Shown here piece by piece: positions 1 through 12,971 of a stretch of 64,000 nucleotides of DNA; the stretch's first letter is position 1; each line of letters begins with the position of its first letter. The translations under genes and the position numbers were made by a program. The stretch is taken from assembly GCA_964016885.1 (NCBI GenBank), contig OZ024743.1:360530001-360594000 (forward strand). Direction: 5' to 3'. The DNA is from Eledone cirrhosa. Taxonomy: Eukaryota. A model generated the notes under the pieces. The model made no database searches. It was not told where the DNA came from and worked only from the letters and a program-made list of their open reading frames with translations.

Positions 1-1443
1 GGCATTGTCTTTACCCCAAGCCATCCAACCCATCATTTGTGGACTACCCGATATATATTCAAAGTCTATTTCTGATTCGTATGTTATTGTTATCATGAAA
101 GATATTTTCGCAGGATTGTTTTGTGAATCTAGTATAGGAATAGAATCTAGCGCTGCTATTGGAGGTGGATTTGAAGGATTAATAGGAAATTGTGTTAAAT
201 GCGAACGTCCTGTGTTTTCTTCTTCTGCTGTTTTATCAACTGCTAATTCTTTAGACCATGTTCCGTCTTTTGTTTGTGCCCATTGACTTTTTAGAGCTCC
301 TGAATAAGTGTTAATTTCGCACGGTAAACCATTAGTTTGTAGTAACCCCTTAAGTTAAACCAACTAGGTGTTCTATTTACCCATGTGTACTGAGCTGTTT
401 CTCCTGCATATATGAATGTACAATTCCCAGTATTCATGTATGATACGATTTCTTCTGCTGGTATTTCTTGTTCTGTTGGTGTAGCTGCTTTTGTATCTTG
501 TCATAACCACCAGTCTTTACGAATTAATCTGTTTGTTGTAACGTTTACCAATTTGCCTTCATCTCTTGTCTGCGGTATATTATTTGTCCAGTTGTTGTTA
601 AGATGTTTTATGTCATACGTAGCATTAGGAAATAATGCATATTTTGTGTCTACGTAATGCGTCGTCCAAGGTCTAGTGTTGACTGTAGTGTTAGTAGTTG
701 TAGTGTTTTGTAAAGTTCCTAATTCGTCTGTTAACGGTACTATGTTTGATATTTTGTACCCTATCGATTTAACCCGAAAGTTGCTTGCTGGTGTTAAATA
801 TGTTTCTAATTCTGCCATTGTCATACTAGCTTTTAAATCTGTGTATGGTATTAATGCAGCTCTATGTACTATTTTTAATTGAATATATTCGTTGTCGTGT
901 TTTCTGTAGAAAGCTTTGTCAATAGGATGAACGAAACAGTTAATGTAATGTACGAATGTTCTTGAACATTCTTTTGGTTACTATCGGATATATAACTCCT
1001 GTTGAAGGTGGCTGATCTCCTGTAGCCATGGAAGCTGCACCTCCTGGTGCTGGCCCAACATGATGATCCCCCATGTTTTGAGATTCGTTTATTCCGCTAT
1101 CTTCTGATGTAACTGCGTCAATCAAATCTTGATCTGAAATGTCGCAAGTATCTTCTTTATTTTTTGTCGATTGTTCTTGTTCGATTCTTCTTTTTTTAGG
1201 AAAGACAGGAGGCATTAGTATGTTTTTTGCCGTAATTATATTCCTCACTAAGAACGACGATACCCCACTGATTTCTTTACTACACTCTATTAATTTGTTA
1301 TCTGCGTCTTGTGTTGATATATCTTGTGTATAATAATCTAAATCGTATTGTCTGCAGCAGTTATCTAATTCGTTAATAGGTTTCTTTAGAAAGTTATTAG
1401 TGTAAGGCCCACAGTAATTATAAAATGGTAAATGTAGTGGCAT
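1..1443 (-). pseudogene. Endogenous parvovirus/densovirus-like capsid (VP1/VP) gene, disrupted; runs off the left edge of the window
   Basis: N-terminus LPFYNYCGPYT...PINELDNCCRQYDLDYY matches the parvoviral VP1u PLA2 motif (YxGP...D...HDxxY, here YD). Capsid-like sequence continues across a frameshift (~965-985), an in-frame TGA (501-503) and a frameshift (~350): LIPYTDLKASMTMAEL, AGETAQYTW, PSNPPPIA...ISFMITITYESEIDF. Confidence 0.85.
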
Positions 1444-1621
1444 TACTTACCGCTAATTCGTTCAACATTTCGCTATCTCTTGTTTTTAAGTCTTCGTAAT
1501 TCATTGTTGGTTTTCTGTTCCAGTGGAGTATCGTCGTTCTTTTTTGCTCGGATTCTTCTGCCTTTGTGATAGATTTTTCCGCGCAATTGTTAAGTTTTTT
1601 TGTTTTTTTGCAACGGGTCAT
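1418..1621 (-). CDS. Small 67-aa ORF between the hairpin and VP, overlapping the VP start; possible viral accessory ORF or first exon
   Basis: ATG-initiated ORF downstream of a CCAAT box (~1653) and an AT-rich TATA-like stretch. Contains the splice-donor consensus G|GTAAGT at 1450-1445. No recognised homology. Confidence 0.3.
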   Translation of the reverse strand: MTRCKKTKKLNNCAEKSITKAEESEQKRTTILHWNRKPTMNYEDLKTRDSEMLNELAVSNATTFTIL

Positions 1622-1737
1622 TTATTCTGCCTATGTCAGCCGATTTTAATATCCAATCAGAATTAATCTTAGTCAGCAAAATCTTTCCCGCCGCTTAGTA
1701 ATGAATACCTCCTCGTAATTTGATAACCTGTCTGCGC

Positions 1738-1907
1738 TGTGCACTGCCCTTTTGGTAAGGGAGACAAGCCGGTCGGGAGGGAGGGGGAGGTAACATTACA
1801 CAGTTATAGCGTAAAGGCTCTTCACGTTTGCCTATCCGCTAAATACTTAGAATTCCTCCACCTCCCTCCCGACCGGCTTGTCTCCCTTACCAAAAGGGCA
1901 GTGCACA
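1738..1907. repeat. Long inverted repeat/hairpin, probable parvoviral terminal hairpin
   Basis: 1738-1790 and 1855-1907 are reverse complements (53 bp, 1 mismatch). The 64-nt loop has extra pairing (tagcg/cgcta, aggc/gcct). It is GC-rich against an AT-rich background and lies ~300 bp upstream of the VP start. Confidence 0.8.
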
Positions 1908-3559
1908 ATAAACAATTCTTGTTTATAGTTTCGTTTACTAAATAAAGATGAGGTCCTTCTAAAACACATATACACACATGTAAAGACATGTATAAACACG
2001 CTGACATACATACAGAGAAATGCTCGCATACATTGCTACCAATATATGGTGAGAGAAATATGTAATGAGAAGTAGACCACGATTATATACAAAACATATT
2101 CACTGTAACAACCACAAAAAATAACTTTGTTCCCGAAGGAGGATATGAGGATTCACATTTGCTCTGACTGCAGTTATTAAGCCAAGCGAAAGTTTTGTCA
2201 TATCCAACATACCTATTTGCAAGACAGACATTTAACAAGAGTCACAAATGATGAGGCATTCATGACGTCAGTTCTCTGTATTGTATCAAGTCATGAAATT
2301 TACTATTCCATCGTTCATATAACCAGATATACACGAAGTTAGAAATGATTTTAACAGAATAGGAATCTGATGCAGAAAAGCAATATAAACCATATATCGC
2401 ATATTTTATATCTTTCATTTTATCTTGAATGTATGTGTTGCTGTGAATGATTGTAAATAGATTTAGACTGAAATTCATTGATAGACTGTAAGGTAATTTT
2501 GAATGACATTCCACTTTCAATTAGATTTCTCGTGGATCATCATCGAAAGAAAATATATTTTAAGAGTAAAAGGGATTGAACACAAGCTGATGTGTTTATA
2601 GCTTCTTCACAAAATAATTATTCATTATATGTGAATTTCCAAAAAGCAAAACAAGGGCGCTATTATTTTCTTTTTGCTAAACTAAAATTGCATTAAACAG
2701 TTATAAACCCCTATTTGATAGCCGAAGGTGTCACTTTTTTGTAGACTGTTTTTTGCAGAATTGTTTTATATTTGATGTGTGAATAGGAAGTTAATATAAA
2801 AAGACATAGGATCGAACTTCATTCAACTCCACGGTATATAATTTGTTTGTACTGTATAATCAATCGCATGTCTTGAACATTTTGTAAAGTTTGTAAATGT
2901 TCGGAAATTTTCTTCTATTTCGAAAAATGTAATTTAAAGGACATTGAAAGAAAGATTAAGATAATCGTAGGGGAAATTTAGTCGCTATTTGTTCTAATTT
3001 CTTTAATCGAATTTATAAATAGTACATATGAGCAATCGTTAAATAATGAATATATGAGATTCCCCTTTCTCTCAACTTTCCCCTGTTTATCTTGCTTTGT
3101 TTCTTAGTCGTTTTAAACATTAATCATATGAAAATCGATTCAATGTTCAAAGCGAATGGTACACTGGCGATGATAGCGCCAGATGAAAATTACCACACCA
3201 CAAAATCCTCCTCTAGTTTCCCATTTAGAAACATTTAATCTGTAGCATGTGTCGAATGGAGATCATTTTGTAGATCTTCCAATTGATATCACTTTGCTTT
3301 TTAGCACATTTGGATATACTTCTAACACAACGTATATCATTATTTCATGTGTTGAAAAGAATAAACTCGAGAAAGTATAAATAGAGTTTCAATTAACATG
3401 TATTAAGTTTTGAGAGCACTCATGGATCAAAGCCTAGATTTTAGGCAAAAATTGTAGTCTAGACGAAAATATTTTCTTTTTCACCTTTATTTATTTTGTA
3501 GCATGTATAGCCACGCAAGCACATAGTTTCGAATATATGTACAGACAATGTTAGTTTCG

Positions 3560-4430
3560 ACAGTGTGGGCTGGTAACAGGGCGAAGCTACATGTGAGGTT
3601 CGGTGGCCTCAGTGTCCGATCTGAAACGGATACGCCACTGCCGGCCTACCACTGCACAATCACCACAAGTCGTAGCCTCATCAACGAAATCCTAAGAAAG
3701 ACGGTAGAACCTGACATGGTTCAAGAACTGGAGCTGGCTCTGGACGACTGGACCGGCGAAGATCTCTCCGTCCCGCTGTACACAAATGTCCAACATAACT
3801 GGAATGACATTAGGTGGATCGTGTTTGGCTCTCACAAACGCCACTTCTCCTGATTCCGTTCTGCTTCACAGTCAAAGAGCGCCACGTTGTTCGATGACGA
3901 GTGCACTCTCGTTGGATTGGCCCAATGCCTCTGCTTTCGCGTGCGTCAGCTCCACATATGCCACTGTGGAGCTGTCGTTGACATGGTCGACTTGAAACAC
4001 CTCTATCAGGCTGCCAGAATGCAGGCTGGTTTCCCGACCTGCCGCACTCAATGACATAATGTGAAGGAGACTAGACGCAGCCGGCTTCCCATCACAACTG
4101 GAGCAAGCAGGCCTCGAACGGGGAGACGACAAGCGCCTCGATGGAATCACCACAGGTAAATTTTTCATTTGAGACGCGACATGCTGTGATTGTTCTCCCC
4201 GCGAACTTTGTCACTTCGGCCTTAAACAATTGTACCACGGCCCGCAATGCAGAGTACAGGAAGGCAAACAAATACCGGGGCATGTCCAACCGTTTACTCC
4301 TTGCACCGGTCTCCGTTAAAAATTCAAGTTTTCTCGGCCCCCTTAAAACTGTCCTCCTCCGTCAAATTGGAACGACAGCAGTCCGTGCGGAGCGTAGCCA
4401 AAATGCAGCTCTGACGTAGGCGTGGAATCT
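3560..4430 (+). mobile_element. Degraded CRE-clade-like non-LTR retrotransposon 3' region (thumb, CCHC-like motif, restriction-like endonuclease)
   Basis: Read across frameshifts: LHVRFGGLSVRS (cf. LPxxxGGLGIR), HICHCGAVVD, AALNDI..RRLDAAGFPSQLEQAGLERGDDKRLDGIT (cf. RPDG), *DATC, ARNAEYRKANKY (ExxKxxKY), FLGP. Confidence 0.75.
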
Positions 4431-5949
4431 GTACCCTATCCCTTTCCCCCGTTCTTTTGTCGCCTATTTCCTTGCTCTTTTCCTCATTTTCCTCTCAATT
4501 ATAGCATTTATAGCATTTAAATTCCTTTTCCTATACTACTTTCCTTTTCTATATATTTGACTGAATTTTAAATTCTTTAATATTACATTCTTACTTAAAT
4601 AGAATAGAATAAATTCTTTCTTTTATGTAATTTTCTCTATATATTTATGTATTTTGAAATAAGATATATCTAGTATACAAACATATACACGGATATATAT
4701 TTGTTTAGGGTTGCCAGTACATATTCTTTAACTCTTATTCCTTGTTCGCAATCTTTTTTACATTCATATGGTGAGAATCAGTATCGCGTTAGACAAAATG
4801 GCATACATAATTTAGTTACGTTCTTTTCTAATTTCTGTTACAATCCTTCTGGTGGCAATCTTCTTTTGTAAGTGACAAAAACAGTTTTCTCTTTCTCTGT
4901 TTTGATTCCCCTGTCTCATTTATTATAACTTATGGGAACTTGATGATGTTGAATAACTCAAAAATCTCAGCTTTCAATACATAACTTCATTCTACATTTG
5001 TGCATAGCTTTTTTTTATACCACAGTCACCTGCATACGTATGCACACGGAAGCATGCATTCGTGCATTAGGCAGTAGAAATAATCTTAGCACCAATGTCC
5101 TGCGTGTTATGTACGCCCGCTGTCTCTTGTAAAAACATCGGTATGTGCTGAATATGCATACAATGATATTTAAATGTTTCAAGGAATTTACGTCTACAAA
5201 GACAAACACAACTAATATGTATATGAAAACCAATTCCAGTCCGTCTGTCTTTCGTGTGTGTTCAGTCTCATTCTCTTTCTCATTATATGTATGTCTCTGT
5301 AGCCCTATCTATCTATATATATATATATGAGTGTCTGTATCTAACTGTATTTATATCGCTCTCTCTTCCTTATTCTCTATATATGTATGTGTTTCTGTAT
5401 TTGGGTGAGAGTATATATGTGAGTATGCAAATATGTGTGTATTTTTGTGTGCGTCAATTTGTTTAGATCGTTATATTTGGGTCATCGTGTAAAGTAGGTT
5501 ATTTAAAATTCAGATATAAGGCTATTCCTATAATTCTCAATGCACCTAGAAACGTACAGCTTAGTAATGCAGCTTAATTGATTGTCAAACCCATCTGTGT
5601 AATATAGGCAAAGGAGGGAAGTTGTTGTAGTTATTGTGCAGATCTAAAACAGTTCTAAACCAGCCGTTAATATAACGTATTCATTATCCACTGTTCGGTT
5701 TGAAGGGATTTCAACTTTTATTCCTAGTAGAACAAGTAAAGATTGCTCGCAGTTGAGAAGCTGAATTTAATAACGCAATTCTCAAAACCATTGTAACTTA
5801 ACTAATTAATATCATATTTTACGTAAAAATATAAATCATATTCATTTTGTTACCAACCATGCCGAAGCCGACTCTGTTTCTATGGAATTCGTTTGAAAGT
5901 GTTCTTATTTAAATTAAAATCTATCTTAAATCGGAGGTAATGAACCTTA

Positions 5950-7160
5950 ATTGCAACAGAAAGGACTTCGAGGCAGTTGACCCAGAAAGATGTGTTTATC
6001 CATGTTTTGCCCATCCTTTACTTTCCATCAGATCTAACAGCAAGCCCAAGCTCCGCCAGCTCGAAAATCTCAATAGCAGACAAAATCTAATTAAGGTGCA
6101 TCCAGGCTCCCCCTGTTGAGGATCTGCTTTACCATTCCGAAATTTTTGTATAACTGTTATAGTCAGGCATCGCATCTTATATATATTGATGCCTGCGTCC
6201 GGCGTGGTAGAGAGGGGGATATTTAACGTTCATTTCGATGACACCGGATGGTAACACGTCACTTTAACCGTCACATAAAGTAATATCGGTCTCTTCTCTC
6301 CCGTTTCGTTGACATTGCCAGTATTACTTGAATCGATGCTCTTCTAACGTGCTCTAACTAACAGAGTCCTCGACAACACACCAAAACCTACTCTCATCAC
6401 GGAACCTGAGACAGTTTACTAGATCAAAAGTCAACCAAGCCTCCATTATATGGGTGTTCAATCGCCCCTTCACTCTGTGTACCTCCAGTCACCTTATGTA
6501 AATGGAATGCACTCCAGTGCCATAAGGCTTCACATTCTCTTGTCAGATGCATAAACAATACCATATGGCATGTTCCGCGATCCCAACCACATGGGTGCGG
6601 CTTGCTAAATGTCATATCCTCGCTATTAACCGGTACTCAGTTGGCCAGCGACTTTCTACGAAACAGCTTGCTACCGAAATACCGCTTGGTATCCATGGAG
6701 GATCTTTCAGCCTTCACCATCTATCATACCATATTCTTCTACGCCATGCCGCTCTCAAAAAATTAATTAAGCATGGCTTGGTCACCACTAGCTTCATTTT
6801 TGACCTCCAGCCATTAGGGTTGGTCCGACAGGGCAGTACAAGAACTGATATCATCACAATCCTCTCGTTCAATTCGTGGTTTACTCCCCTAATCTGTGGG
6901 ACAAATGTAGAAACATTTTCTCTCGCGGTGAACTGGTGCATTCCGGAAAACATTGCTCCACAAGCTGAGGATTGCAAACTGTTTCGATAGAATTAGCGGT
7001 GGATATATCTGGCAATCTTATTCCTAGAACCACTTACTTACGCACAGCTGTCAGTCAGGAGTTTGCCATCCGCTCAAATGCACTCTGCGAGTTAGAATGG
7101 CTATTTCAACTAACCACCGGGGTAACATTTTCTCCATTCTGTTGGATGGAGCCCTGAGGC
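5950..7160 (-). mobile_element. Possible highly decayed L1/Tx1-like LINE fragment
   Basis: Island of higher GC. The only clear motif is EHPYNGGL (cf. HPxxGGLG thumb motif) near 6440-6460. Confidence 0.25.
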
Positions 7161-7850
7161 AGCTTGGGCATTCAACACGAAAGAGGTCCTTCTCTCAAAT
7201 TGCATCTGATTGTATCGTTTCGGTAGCGATGGTATAAGTTGCTGGTATCTACAGACCAACACACACACATATATACATTCACTAGCGCACACATACAATC
7301 ACACGCACGCACATTCACACGCACACGATGTTTGTTGGTATTGGCCAGAACCATATGCTACGTTACTATCTTAGTAATGAAAACAAATAATACTTTTGAT
7401 AATTCCTTCAATTTTTCTTCATTAATTCATTGCAATAGATTGCATTTCATTAGAAATACGATCACGAAAGGGTTTAGTCATAAATTTCTCTATTTATAAA
7501 AGCAAACTAACGGTTAGGTATCAATTAGAATTTTATTATTTCCCTTGCTGTCTACTGACGCTGAAATCAATGAAAAGGTGTGCATATTTATATAATTTTA
7601 GTATTATATGCCCACGAATGCGTATATATCTAAATGTATGTTTATTAGTAATACATTCTGAAAGCTGAGTTTATAACAAATGATATTAATTATATATGCG
7701 TTTGAAGAAGACGTTTTATGAGGAGTATATAGAATACAAACCACACATCTATGTAACATTTAACTGATAGATTGTAAAGATTTTAAGTTATCTCCTTTGA
7801 AGTAGAACAGGACTTGTACATACTGTTCCTAATCTTTTGTATAAGAAACT

Positions 7851-7881
<31 letters not shown>

Positions 7882-8272
7882 CGTTTATGAATTTGTTTTA
7901 TATATATATATTTATATAATTCGTTTATGAATTTGTTTTATCTGAAAACGTGTGTTGAAACAAATATTGTTATACTTATGGAGAGTTATGCTGCCAATAA
8001 AAACACACGCACCATTTGGTTGTTTTCACTTCATTTTATGATAAGTTTCTGGCTGGTTGGTTGGTTGGTTTCCTGATTCGATAACTGGACGGTTGTTTGT
8101 ATATTGCCAAAGCTCTATCGCCACACATTCTGTGACCTCCTCAGTGACTAACTTTTTATTTTATGTCTCTCCTTTGTTCTGTCCTACACTGTCTCTCAGG
8201 AATCTTATAATAAATTGAAGTGAAAACCCACAGGTGCCTGTGTTTTTTATTGGCAGCATGACACTCTCAATG

Positions 8273-8310
<38 letters not shown>

Positions 8311-8524
8311 ATTAGGTATCGAGAGAGAGAAGAAAATGGAAAGATGGGCAATACATATATTTAGTTGCCAATAATTTATGCATGTGTGCTCAATACTCGT
8401 GCCTACAGGGTTAAATATTAGAGGCGTCAATATTTAGTGGGCGAGAAAAAATTAGCAGAGCGATTATAAAGGAAATGAATACAAAGAATTTCAAACCGTT
8501 AAAACATGTTTATATAATAGTTCT

Positions 8525-8561
8525 CCTACGTACGTTTCGCCCAGAATGGGTTTATCAAGGG
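8525..8561 (-). ncRNA. Degenerate minimal (PLE-type) hammerhead ribozyme motif
   Basis: Minus strand ccc-TTGATAA-a-CCCA-ttc-TGGG-c-GAAA-CGTACG-TA-gg. Palindromic stem III; core reads UUGAUAA rather than CUGAUGA. Confidence 0.5.
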
Positions 8562-8922
8562 CATGGAAAGCAAAATAATGATCAATATAGGACACAGGAG
8601 GAAATTCACGGTTAAATTAACATCATCGTTCATTTTTCCCCTCTGTTCATGTATTTTTATTATCACAGAGTAGGGGAGTAACTGTGGCCGATGTTCAAAC
8701 AATCAGTCCCATGTGGATTTTTATACTTTTTCATATGCTGGTGTTTAGCATCTTTATATTATGTGTGTTGTTTCACTAGTGCCAGTACAGATCGGGTATG
8801 GGTATACATTTATTATTTAGTGGATGTTGCTTCACTAATGTTTGTTCGAGTATGGTCTGCGGTGTACATTTGGTTCACAAATGTTTGTTCGTACTGCCTG
8901 CCCACCGGGGTGTTATGGTTCG

Positions 8923-9072
<150 letters not shown>

Positions 9073-9736
9073 AACGAAGTTTCATAGATATAGACCACAG
9101 AAAACAATTGCTATAGTGGTCTCTTAGAAGATTTGATTTTACTCCACTCTCTTCTCTCCTGGGTTCTCAATTAGTTATGCGTGACTGATGATCAGTAAAA
9201 TTCCACTTGAATCAAACTACTCAGAACATTACGTTCTTTTCATTTAAGTGGAAGGAACCTAACTAAATGCCGTCTGGGAAAATGTTTCATGAAACTAACC
9301 ACGCATCTTTTGTCACATGTGTAATCGATTTTTTGTTTCAGCTTTTTTTCCAGTGCAGGATTAGACACATCGAAATATCTAGAAAGTACATTAAAAATAA
9401 AATATATATATAATCTCACTACATAAATAAATGTCTATCGTGTTTGGGATTTCTTTTTGGTTTAATGGATTTTTTTGTTTAGTGTCATTTTAGTTTTTTT
9501 ACTCGGCGAAACATAAATGGTAATATCGGCTAGTTTACGAGAAACATAATTATTTTATCGATCCCACTAACAATCAGATTTATCTTAACATAGTTAAGAG
9601 ATATCTGCATATTATTTTCAGTTAATAAAAAAGTCTGACTTTTTAGAATATAAAGGCATATAGAAAGGAAGAAAATTCTTCTTCATGTTAGTTATAAAAG
9701 CCATGCATATTCATGCGTATTGATCGAATCATCATC

Positions 9737-9890
9737 ATATATATACATATATATATATATACAGAGAGAGAGAGGGAGAGAGGGAGAGAGACCCACACGT
9801 ATATATATATGTATACATTTACGCACACACAAACACACACACACACACGCACACACACATACACACACACACGCACACACACACACACGC

Positions 9891-9982
<92 letters not shown>

Positions 9983-9997
9983 TATGCATACATATAT
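9737..9997. repeat. Compound (TA)/(GA)/(CA) microsatellite
   Basis: Direct reading. Confidence 0.95.
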
Positions 9998-11250
9998 AGA
10001 ATTGAACAAAACTAGAGATGATACATTGATACAGAAAACTCATACAATCATAAATATGCTTGTCAATTTAAAGTTACTTTCGCAGATGCCAAATAACAAG
10101 CACTGACATTTCCAACAATATCAGATTTATCTAATAAAATACAGCTATCATTATATATAAGAAAATTGTATTATATCAGTATATTATAGGAAACTTATTA
10201 CGCTGATTTAACTTTGATTTAGCTTAAACAATAATCGGATTTTCGAAGGCCCTTTCATCATCGGGAATAACAAATAAACCGCATTTCAAAATCACTGATT
10301 TAAAAGTTTTATTTCCTGAAATGATAACAATTTACTAACTGAAATATATATGTACTTCATAAGATTTAGTGAGCACTGAAGTACGTAATATGTTTTCAAT
10401 TTCTTTTGGAGACAAAATGAAGTTATACATATTTCACATATGTTACTGTAAACAGGGTCGTTATAAAATCACATCGTCTTTTCCATGCATACGCTTTGAA
10501 TCATTTCTATCTGAGAAAATATAACACGATAGTATACAATTGGGTCTCAATTTTGTACCAAGAGGAAAATGTTAAGAAGTTCTTTCTATATCTAGAAATT
10601 AGAGCTGTATGTTTTTACTTCTATTAATATAGAATTGGGGCTATTTTATACTAGACAAAACTATTTATATCAGAATGTTATTGTGGAAATTAGAGATTAC
10701 AAAAAGGATATTATTTTGACAAATAGTTGAAACTGGGCTTCAGTGACGGATTTCTCTTTTTTTTTTTGTTACAGGAATACATTAAATTATTATATTTTTA
10801 ATACAAATGATATAAATTGAATGGAACAAATAGGGGCACGCTGGTTTCTTGAGAAAACAATAGCTACATGTAAGATCTTATTCCAGCGTGTTCTACTATA
10901 AGAAAATATTAACACATCTCCAGGAGATGTAGCTATAATACACTGAATACACTAGTAATCAATGGTAACAAATTGAAATATTTCGACGATAATTAGAGTT
11001 ATTTCAACGTCTAAATCATGTTAACACATAAAATAAGTGAATCTAAATTTTTGACGTTTCAAGAGTATCACATTCTCATAATCGCCTGATATTAATGCAA
11101 AGTGTTGGACACATTTTGTCTGTGTAAATAGGGAATTGTATTCAAATAAGATCGATACAGACAAGTAAATATAATACATACAAACTTACATTCCTTTGGT
11201 ACTATAATGGAAAATAATTTAGAAACAACAGCATTATTTATGAAGTAGCA

Positions 11251-11437
11251 GTGGGCGGTCGATTGGCAGTATCAGTAGAGTGTCGGACGCCATGCTTTCC
11301 AGCATAGTTACGTCCCTTTACGATCTGAGTTCAAATCCCACCGAGGTTGACTTTGCCTTTCATCCTTACGGGGTCGATAAAATAAAGTACCAGTAATGCA
11401 CTGGGTAATTGCTGGCCTTGTGCCTAAAGTAGAAACA
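11251..11437 (+). mobile_element. tRNA-derived SINE with Nin/Deu-like domain
   Basis: A-box-like tggcagtatcagtag, B-box gagttcaaatcc, body gcctttcatccttacggggtcgataaaataaagtaccag. 18-bp TSD attatttatgaagtagca at 11233-11250 and 11438-11455. Four copies in the window. Confidence 0.9.
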
Positions 11438-12399
11438 ATTATTTATGAAGTAGCATACAGAAAAATAGAAATATATTTTGGAATACATGTTATAGGGAGA
11501 TGACCTGAATAAGATTCTCCAATTATTTAGTGAGCACTCGATATTTAGGTTCGCGCCAGTATCGAAGTGTAGAGCTTAACAATAGATAGCAACAAAAGCT
11601 ACAAAACCCTAATGGTAAATAAATAGTATCAGACACAGTCTCTGGTTCATTGTGCAGTCAGAAATGCGTTTGTGTATCCAAAACTGCACCTAATAGGGAT
11701 TGCGTAATCAATTCGAACTGGCTGCATCGTTCTCAGCGGCCATTCGTTCAATATATTTAGTTTCTAACTAGCTAACATGATACTGCCACACACTAGTACT
11801 AATTGCATAGTGGTTTGCCGTATCAGTTGATCTTAAAGAAGGGAGGTCACTTAGCACTGTTGAAGTAGGAAATGTTGCTATAAATGAAACAAAGCAATTT
11901 CCAATCAAATCTCAAATAAATCTTGTAAATCTAATTCTCTTAAAAATCAAAACGAGAAGAATAAAATTTATAGCATTATACTAGAATTCTATTTGAGCAT
12001 CGGCAACAGAAGTCAAATTATCTTAAGTATTTACCCAAAGACCAAAACGTGTTTGGCAGTAATAAAACACAAATATCACGTACACAATGAAATGAAGGAA
12101 TCTGAAAAAGTCCAGACAATATATTAATGTGTCAACGAGATATAATCTTTGGACCAGGGTTGAAGCCATCAAACATATATTTGAACTCAAAGAAAGAGGT
12201 CTTTAAGAGTTGATTACATCTCAAGAGGTACTTATTTTCATCATGGATATTCCTCCGTCCTGATATCCCTTTCTTTCAGAGAGAAAAGTATCGAATCTAC
12301 CATGATTCTGTAGACTAACTCTGATATGGCTTACTCACGTACGATCGACCACATGCACACCAAGCTGTATCACATCCTATTGCATCATTTTTCACAACA

Positions 12400-12574
12400 G
12401 GGTGGTGGATTGGCAGTATCAGTGGAGGATCGGACGCCATGCTTTGCATCATAGAGTTACGACCCTTTACAGTCTGAGTTCAAATCCCACCGAGGTTAAC
12501 TTTGCCTTTCATCCTTACGTGGAAAATAAAGCACTGGGATAATTGCTGACCTTGTGCTAAAAGTAGAAACAATT
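12400..12574 (+). mobile_element. Same SINE family, internally deleted copy
   Basis: Homologous to the 11251 copy; imperfect TSD atttttcacaaca / atttttcactaca. Confidence 0.85.
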
Positions 12575-12801
12575 ATTTTTCACTACATAAAACATACATT
12601 TCAAAATTCTACATCCGTCGTCTTCCTTCGACAAAAAAAAAACAAATAAAACATTAACAATATTCTGGATACCTTCACTTTTCACAAATCAGTCTGACAC
12701 TTTGTTTTTTCGCCCGATGAAATTGATAGGGAATATGCGCTTGCATTCTCATTCTGTACTTCACTTTTACAGTCGGCGGATGCCATGTAGCCTAAGGTAG
12801 C

Positions 12802-12877
<76 letters not shown>

Positions 12878-12971
12878 TATATCAAAGGTATATATTGAGT
12901 TAGAAACTCAAAATAGTCTCTTACAATAAAATAGCTCTAGGAAAGACATTTTTCCGAGCCGTATATTATAA

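Noticed and set aside
5-882. Plus-strand ORFs 5-286, 412-657 and 676-882 as viral NS genes
   Set aside because: They are antisense shadows of the VP frame, with no HUH or SF3 helicase motifs.
7935-7976. ctgaaaacgtgtgttgaaacaaatattgtt (related sequence at ~62270-62308) as a hammerhead
   Set aside because: The core and stems are too degenerate, and the 62.3-kb copy is antisense to its element's ORF.
9100-12800. Host exons in the unique AT-rich stretch (e.g. acceptor-like polypyrimidine-ACAG at ~10750-10774)
   Set aside because: No open frame with a matching donor or recognisable protein motif was found. Small exons cannot be excluded without RNA data.
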